IMG/VR virus record: IMGVR_UViG_3300028833_000009
Strand: one strand, 5' to 3'
Origin: an uncultured virus (IMG/VR IMGVR_UViG_3300028833_000009)
Taxonomy: Duplodnaviria > Heunggongvirae > Uroviricota > Caudoviricetes
DNA length: 64,000 nt
A program made the position numbers and the translations under genes. Below are positions 58,569 through 64,000 of this stretch, one piece after another; within the stretch, counting starts at the first letter, position 1, and every line of letters begins with the position of its first letter. The notes below the pieces were generated by a model. It had not been told where the DNA came from. It ran no database searches and saw only the letters and a list, made by a program, of their open reading frames with translations.

Positions 58569-58919
58569 TTAGCCATAACATACTCTGTAGGTTTTGTCCT
58601 TGTCTAAACCCAATTTGTCTGCCAGCTTCCAACTTGGTTCAATTATACCAACTAACCATCCAAACGAATCTTTGTCACCTGCAAATACTTCCCATCCTTT
58701 TTCACATAGTACATTGATTACACTCCAGTTGCAATTCATTGGTTGACTTATGTCAATCAATAAATCCTCCAGATTATAATCAAGATCTCCTGCTTCCAAA
58801 TATAAGATGCTTTCATCATCTTCGCACGGTTGAAAATCCTCCTTATGATTCTTAAACGTCTCCTCAAGTTTATCACTGAGAATACCAGCATTCTTGATTT
58901 CTTCCATCAAATTGTTCAT
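58569..58919 (-). CDS. Cassette ORF, hypothetical
   Basis: GAGGAGG RBS; GDKDSFGWL. Confidence 0.65.
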   Translation of the reverse strand: MNNLMEEIKNAGILSDKLEETFKNHKEDFQPCEDDESILYLEAGDLDYNLEDLLIDISQPMNCNWSVINVLCEKGWEVFAGDKDSFGWLVGIIEPSWKLADKLGLDKDKTYRVCYG

Positions 58920-59021
58920 CTTTCAAACCTCCTCATATTTTTGGCCTTATGCCTATCTTATGGGTTTGTCTGATTGCGAAAAATAAAGCCTTTGGAGCTT
59001 GTGCTCCGCGGGCAGAACTAT

Positions 59022-59399
59022 TCATTTTCTACAGTAATCGATTTTATCATTTTTATATGCATTATACATAACATCCAAATTATTTTGTACGGCATCTATT
59101 GTTGCATCTTTTGCACAATCTTTTTCAAATATATGTTCCAAAACATTATATAGATCAGACAAATGCGTACTCACTATATCTTCATTATCATTACCTTTAC
59201 CGAGCATAATATAGTAATTTGCTCGTGAAATTAACATAAAGATAGCATCTACAAAATCATCAGATCTTGGCTTTGAACTATTGTCTTCCGTTTTTGTCAA
59301 TATATCTCTCATAACTTCTAATAGTCTATTGTCGAACCATGCACTATTACCAGATTCTTCTTTTTGCCGTTTGTATTCTTCTGCTGTGATTTTATTCAT
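59022..59399 (-). CDS. Cassette ORF, hypothetical
   Basis: AAGGAGG RBS; AT-rich. Confidence 0.65.
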   Translation of the reverse strand: MNKITAEEYKRQKEESGNSAWFDNRLLEVMRDILTKTEDNSSKPRSDDFVDAIFMLISRANYYIMLGKGNDNEDIVSTHLSDLYNVLEHIFEKDCAKDATIDAVQNNLDVMYNAYKNDKIDYCRK

Positions 59400-59500
59400 G
59401 ATAAAACCCTCCTTAAAAAATTAATTAGTCTCCATTATAATAATTGTTTCACTTGCGAAAAATAAAAGGCTAAGCACTTGTTCAGTGCCTGCCTTTGGTT

Positions 59501-59662
59501 TTAATGCCTTCCGAAGGAATCTTCAGAAAGCCATTCGTCCCTTCTTTCCTGCATTTCCAGATCATAATTAATTTCCTCAATACGAGGATCATCCTTATGA
59601 TCTTGTTTTTGAATCCTTTCTTCCTTCTTTAAGAAAAGATGAATGTAGCTTTTAATTTTCAT
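59501..59662 (-). CDS. Cassette ORF, 53 aa
   Basis: Manual translation MKIKSYIHLFLKKEE...; AAGGAGG RBS. Confidence 0.5.
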   Translation of the reverse strand: MKIKSYIHLFLKKEERIQKQDHKDDPRIEEINYDLEMQERRDEWLSEDSFGRH

Positions 59663-59789
59663 TTTAGTTCCTCCTTTTTATTGTTCGGGGTGTCCGTCCC
59701 CTCTTATTAAAGGAGGTGTTTATGTTGCGAATTTGTTACATCAGCGAAAGCTGTGTAAGCGAAATTGTTACAAAAATGAGAAGCCCTTG

Positions 59790-59924
59790 TTAGGACTCCT
59801 CTTCGGAAACAGCCTTATAAGCGTCCAAAAAATCGCTTCTGTTGGCAAATTCCTGTTGATTTCCGTTTGGCATGATGCCAATGTAAGAATATCCGTCAGG
59901 CAGCCAATATCCTTTTGGTTCCAT
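59790..59924 (-). CDS. Cassette ORF, 44 aa
   Basis: Manual translation MEPKGYWLPDGYSYIGIMPNG...; AAGGAGG RBS. Confidence 0.55.
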   Translation of the reverse strand: MEPKGYWLPDGYSYIGIMPNGNQQEFANRSDFLDAYKAVSEEES

Positions 59925-59994
59925 ACTGCTCCCTCCTTTCCTATCCATAGCCTTGTTTCTTTAGCGATTTAGTGTACTAAAGCATAAAGGCCAA

Positions 59995-60150
59995 AAAAAA
60001 GAAGGGTTGCGCTACGTCTTTGGATCGCAACTCCATCAACGCCGCAGCCCTCCGTTCTATAACGGTGCATCAACGTGTGCCAGTCGGTTCTGTCGTCAAC
60101 CCCTGCAGAGGGTTAACAACTGAATCCAACCAGCATCTACGTCTTCTCCT
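59995..60150 (-). ncRNA. ORF-less structured RNA cassette
   Basis: Promoter motif at ~60151-60175, nested hairpins, terminator with T8. Confidence 0.55.
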
Positions 60151-60220
60151 ATTATAGGATGTGTTGATGTTGCGATTTTTTTAGTATGACAAAAAGAAAG
60201 GACATGTTCAAATATCTATT

Positions 60221-60427
60221 TTAGAAATTCTTGATTAAATGCTTGATCCCAATAAATATGCTATTGGTGAACACTGCTGCGATCGTAATCGTTGCAATCC
60301 TTCCGAACCAATCAGAGCTTACATAGCTCATAACCATTTCAGCAGATGCAAACATCATCGCAATGAAATACATGTCTACCAAAATCATGATGACCGTAAA
60401 AATACGATCAAATATTTTTTTAATCAT
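60221..60427 (-). CDS. Cassette ORF, two-TM protein
   Basis: Hydrophobic; AAGGAGG RBS. Confidence 0.6.
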   Translation of the reverse strand: MIKKIFDRIFTVIMILVDMYFIAMMFASAEMVMSYVSSDWFGRIATITIAAVFTNSIFIGIKHLIKNF

Positions 60428-60744
60428 TTTTCCTCCTTCTATGTCCTTTCTTTTATGAAGAGTCTGACTCTACTGAATCCTTTACTCCTCATTATATGCC
60501 ATGTTGATGTTGCGATTTCGCTACATGGATAGAATATTGTGTGTACGCAATTCTCTAACCGCGAACGTTTATAAGTAAACTCATCCAGGCTTGTCCAGAT
60601 TTAAGAAAAAGAGAAGCCCTTGTGCAGAACTTCTCTCAGCAGAACTGACCAAAAGATTGGGAGCCGTGCTTACCAGCTCCCAACCATATATCAATCAGTT
60701 CAGATGGAAGTTCATCCCATTTCATATATTCATCCATCCTACTG

Positions 60745-60978
60745 CTAATCTATGCCTTGTATTTTTTGCGAATCATTATTCCTTGCTGCTCTTTTAGTTT
60801 CATATAATGCTATATCAATTGCATCATTTACATTTTTATAGCATGCATCACACATAAGGTATTTAGCATATCGTCCACAGTCTCCATGATCCCATCCAAT
60901 ATTTAATTCTGTAAATGATTCATAGAATGGAAAGGGCTTTCTACAAATATCGCACTGCTTCACATCATTTGCTAGCAT
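60745..60978 (-). CDS. CxxC zinc-binding protein
   Basis: QCDICRK...MCDAC. Confidence 0.6.
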   Translation of the reverse strand: MLANDVKQCDICRKPFPFYESFTELNIGWDHGDCGRYAKYLMCDACYKNVNDAIDIALYETKRAARNNDSQKIQGID

Positions 60979-60981
60979 TTA

Positions 60982-61170
60982 TTACTCCTCCGTTAAAACT
61001 GATTCATCCTCATCTGTAAAGTTCATAAAGTGAATATACGGGCATGGCCTCATGTAACAGATCGATTCTCCATGATTTTCTGGTGTCCGGTATTCACAAT
61101 TAATACACATTTCGGCAAGATGATACCCATCATCGTTTTCATTCTTACAATATAAAGGCCCATACGACAT
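60982..61170 (-). CDS. Small Cys-rich protein
   Basis: CINCEY...C...PC. Confidence 0.5.
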   Translation of the reverse strand: MSYGPLYCKNENDDGYHLAEMCINCEYRTPENHGESICYMRPCPYIHFMNFTDEDESVLTEE

Positions 61171-61225
61171 ACTATGTCATCTTCTTTCTTCTGTAGTTTG
61201 GCTGCTTCATTGCAAAATATCCTCC

Positions 61226-61486
61226 TCACACTACGAACTCGCGAACGTTGAAAAGAGCCTTGATCACATCCGGAATAATAATCTCGTATCCGGTTTTTGT
61301 TTCTTTCAATTGATCCCTGTACTCATCAAATATTGGATCAGCAACCTGTTTGTCCAGTTGTTCTTTAGCTTCTTCCGGAGTATTAAACATACCGCAAATA
61401 CATTCGCCATCAGTGTTCACATGTTTCTCATCGGGATGTTCAAACTTAATGTCCCAGGTTGCAATATACCATACCATTTGTATCAC
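61226..61486 (-). CDS. Hypothetical protein
   Basis: GMFNTPEEAK. Confidence 0.55.
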   Translation of the reverse strand: MIQMVWYIATWDIKFEHPDEKHVNTDGECICGMFNTPEEAKEQLDKQVADPIFDEYRDQLKETKTGYEIIIPDVIKALFNVREFVV

Positions 61487-61693
61487 TCTTCTTTCTCCTT
61501 ACTATCATCCGGATGCTTATCCCTGAATTTATGCAATCTGTTTTCTTTGCACCATGGACATGTACCATGATTGCGGCACGAACAAAAGTATGCTTTTGAT
61601 CCGGTATAAGGTTTACGATGTTCTTTACCATGTTTAATTGCTTTGTCAAGCGACATGGTCAATCAACTCCTGATTTGAATCTTTTAGGATATT

Positions 61694-62092
61694 TTATCTT
61701 TTCAATCTGTTGATTCGTTCAGCTTCATAACGTTTTGCAATATTATCTGGAAGATATCTGAAGTTATGGTTATTTATAAGGTATACTAAATTGTCAAATG
61801 AATAATCATCAAGACCCCAACTAATCAACATTTCATTATCGCCTTTAAAATATCGTCCTGAATTATATAAGACTGAAAATCCAAGATCATTATAAAACTG
61901 AGCTATTAATAGATAATACTTTTCTGAAAATTCTTTTGACTTAAAAATCCTAATTTCACTTTTCCCGGATTCTGCAGCATTTTCGATTTGCTTATTGATT
62001 ATTCCTGAAGTCCATGCAAGTCGTGCTTTAAATATCAGACCTTTATGTTTCAGAGTCCCTGACATTAATTCTTTTGCTTCATCAGCAGTCAT
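61694..62092 (-). CDS. Hypothetical phage protein
   Basis: MTADEAK...IENAAESG...LGFSV...ISW. Confidence 0.6.
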   Translation of the reverse strand: MTADEAKELMSGTLKHKGLIFKARLAWTSGIINKQIENAAESGKSEIRIFKSKEFSEKYYLLIAQFYNDLGFSVLYNSGRYFKGDNEMLISWGLDDYSFDNLVYLINNHNFRYLPDNIAKRYEAERINRLKR

Positions 62093-62105
62093 GATGATTC
62101 TTCTC

Positions 62106-62327
62106 CTACTGTATCAGTTTATCCCAGTATACGCATCCATCCTTTTCAAGGGAATGACCATCTGGACTTTTTAAATGCTCCAGATAATCTTTCAAATATC
62201 CGCAGACTTCATTGATAACTCCCTGAGTTGTCTTTGCATGCAGTAAATATGTTTCTATTGTTCCATCTTCCATGTAATTTTGTCTGAATGTAACATCATT
62301 TTCGGTAATGCTGACATCGATGTGCAT
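62106..62327 (-). CDS. Hypothetical protein
   Basis: GAGGAGG RBS. Confidence 0.55.
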   Translation of the reverse strand: MHIDVSITENDVTFRQNYMEDGTIETYLLHAKTTQGVINEVCGYLKDYLEHLKSPDGHSLEKDGCVYWDKLIQ

Positions 62328-62331
62328 TATA

Positions 62332-62793
62332 TTAATCCTCCTCTGTTAAATATGTCAGGTCAATCCAACCGCTTTTACATTTTCCCCAATTAAAAAGAAC
62401 CTGGCTGATAACTACTTCTTTGCCAGGTTTCAAATATCCAATGACTTTTCCGAATGGTTCTTTTCGAATCTTTACTTTGGATTTATTGTTGTTAATCCAC
62501 ATAGAATATTCTTCAGTTTGTTCATCCACATATTCGTACCAAACCCAGACGGTTCCTGTTTCGCCACCTTCAACCTCAATCCAATGATGATTCTCACTCC
62601 ATCCGTAAGCTTTCAGAATATCGCCCTGGTCAAACAACGATTCTGCTTTGGCTTTCTTTCGTGGTGCTGCACGACCGTTTAAAAGATTTGCTGTTACAAT
62701 CACATTAGTAGACTCAGGTATTTTTTCTGTGTGGGATGGAAATATGGGGAGAAATGTGAACAGAACGATTAGGATGATCAGAAAACGTTTCAT
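62332..62793 (-). CDS. Secreted protein with two bacterial SH3-like domains
   Basis: Signal peptide MKRFLIILIVLF; LNGRAAP...WIEV...WVWYEYV and VKIRKEP...GWIDLTYL. Confidence 0.7.
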   Translation of the reverse strand: MKRFLIILIVLFTFLPIFPSHTEKIPESTNVIVTANLLNGRAAPRKKAKAESLFDQGDILKAYGWSENHHWIEVEGGETGTVWVWYEYVDEQTEEYSMWINNNKSKVKIRKEPFGKVIGYLKPGKEVVISQVLFNWGKCKSGWIDLTYLTEED

Positions 62794-63485
62794 GTAATAT
62801 CTCCTCCGATGTCGTTAAATATCACAGGAACTTTCTGCTGAAGTTCTCGGAGCAGCGGAATCATCACCTCCCGAATCTGCGGATGGGCGTCTTTGGCAGT
62901 CCGAAGCTTTAGAATATTCCGCCATTCCCGGAAATTTGCAGTGACATATATTTCTGTTTTCAGGCTGTTTGGAAGTACAGCTCTGGCTTCCTGAGGGGTT
63001 GCGCCTATTTCAAGGAGCTGAAAATATCGACTTTCAGCAATCAGACAAGAGTTATACCAGAGAACATAGCGTTTTGTAATATCGGAGCTGTCTGAATTTG
63101 CCTGCAAAAATGGATGGTCATCGCTATGATGAATATCCTGTTCATTTCGTTCTTTGTAGAAACAGGGTTCAATCACAGTAATTTCATTGCCGAACTTGTC
63201 CTGAGAGTAGTTGCAGAATCGTGTACTTTCCTGAGAATATGACGCCAGACGATGTCTTACCATTTCATGCGATACACCACGATCCACAATAAATTTCACA
63301 GTGATTCGGCTGTGCTCAATGGCTGATTCGTGACCTCTGTCCATGAGAAGAGCGATGATTTTTTCTGCTGATCCCTCTTTGATGGCAGATTCACTTTTGT
63401 AGCATATTCTGGCTGCTTCCTCAATGATGGAAATATCATCCAGATCGAGTTTTCTGATTTCATAGGATGGTTTAATGACTTTCAT
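62790..63485 (-). CDS. thyX: FAD-dependent thymidylate synthase
   Basis: GHESAIEH, RGVSHEMVRHRLASYSQESTR, ARAVLP, RTAKDAHPQIR. Confidence 0.95.
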   Translation of the reverse strand: MKVIKPSYEIRKLDLDDISIIEEAARICYKSESAIKEGSAEKIIALLMDRGHESAIEHSRITVKFIVDRGVSHEMVRHRLASYSQESTRFCNYSQDKFGNEITVIEPCFYKERNEQDIHHSDDHPFLQANSDSSDITKRYVLWYNSCLIAESRYFQLLEIGATPQEARAVLPNSLKTEIYVTANFREWRNILKLRTAKDAHPQIREVMIPLLRELQQKVPVIFNDIGGDIT

Positions 63486-63825
63486 TTATTAATGCCTCCA
63501 GTTTCTCTGAATAGTCTTTCTTGCAGGTTTCATATCCAAGTTTGTAAGCTTCTTCATAACGTTTTTGATCAGCAGTAAGTGCTTTAATAAGGTCTTCTTT
63601 GTTAATATCAATTCCCCATTCATATGCAATTTGGATACATTCATTAGCAATTTTTTCATCTATTTCTTTACCAATATTGCTGATTTCAGGTTTTTTATAA
63701 AGACGCGTTATTGGACTGATGTACATTTTTCCTCCTATAATAATCTTGATATTAACAATATCCAAACCAGCCGCAGTCGCATTCATACTTACGCTGCGAA
63801 GGATAGGAAAACATGATAATATCAT
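63472..63825 (-). CDS. Conserved phage protein (start probably MYISPI)
   Basis: INKEDLIKALTADQKRYEEAYKLGY. Confidence 0.6.
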   Translation of the reverse strand: MILSCFPILRSVSMNATAAGLDIVNIKIIIGGKMYISPITRLYKKPEISNIGKEIDEKIANECIQIAYEWGIDINKEDLIKALTADQKRYEEAYKLGYETCKKDYSEKLEALINESH

Positions 63826-63952
63826 ATCTTACATAGACTTGTTTTCCACATTTGGGACATTCAATATTTGTGAGTTCTCTGTGAGAATTGCTCAATAGCA
63901 TTTTCATGATAGATGAATAATCGGGTTTCTTCTTATATTCTTCCCAAGTCAT
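63752..63952 (-). CDS. Zinc-ribbon protein
   Basis: IECPKCG...YECDCGW. Confidence 0.65.
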   Translation of the reverse strand: MTWEEYKKKPDYSSIMKMLLSNSHRELTNIECPKCGKQVYVRYDIIMFSYPSQRKYECDCGWFGYC

Positions 63953-64000
63953 TATTCATTCCTTTCTGTTTTTCTCTGATTTTTCATTTTTTTTATGTAT

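Larger units (their letters stand above)
44805..60775 (-). promoter_or_regulatory. Dispersed promoter motif TCGCA-N~14-TATAAT (about 20 copies; one more at 31211-31235)
   Basis: Plus-strand TTGCGA at 44826, 46243, 51428, 51821, 52036, 52384, 52657, 53051, 53422, 53914, 54241, 56669, 58560, 58974, 59453, 59725, 60170, 60510, 60766; intergenic or at gene boundaries, all in the same orientation. Confidence 0.8.

Noticed and set aside
1..64000. Stop-codon reassignment, integrase or lysis genes
   Set aside because: Genes are intact under the standard code. No integrase, holin or endolysin was recognisable in the window; they may lie outside it.

Overview
This is 64 kb of a tailed (siphovirus-type) phage genome with essentially all genes on the minus strand. 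The host is probably a Firmicute (AGGAGG ribosome-binding sites; inference). Read right to left, the window holds five blocks. (1) An accessory/early region (~44-64 kb) built from small terminator-promoter-ORF cassettes sharing a TCGCA-N~14-TATAAT motif, plus thyX. (2) A replication/transcription block: AT-rich origin candidate, 1450-aa helicase-primase-family B polymerase fusion, SSB, SF2 helicase, VRR-NUC, PD-(D/E)XK exonuclease and a 989-aa DFDGD RNA-polymerase-like protein. (3) A probable cos site (CGCCGCCCT, 26754-26762). (4) Packaging and head genes, including four HYGxKGMKWG proteins. (5) Tail genes, ending in a tail-tip gene that runs off the left edge. The gene content recalls the actinophage AM/AU/BI/CC/DJ architecture (from memory, not searched). 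The strongest candidate for a novel system is a stand-alone Cas7/RAMP-like gene (55119-55736) followed 6 nt later by a ~720-bp non-coding array of NNN-GT pentamers punctuated by N(A)NGGT hexamers, with no other cas genes: a putative RNA-guided module with a non-contiguous guide code. Other highlights are two covarying copies of an unannotated structured leader RNA, a stand-alone paralog of an RNAP subdomain in the RAMP operon, a predicted -1 frameshift fusing a beta-helix domain to the capsid, a shared N-terminal HYG tag on putative internal virion proteins and the RNAP, and several ORF-less RNA cassettes.
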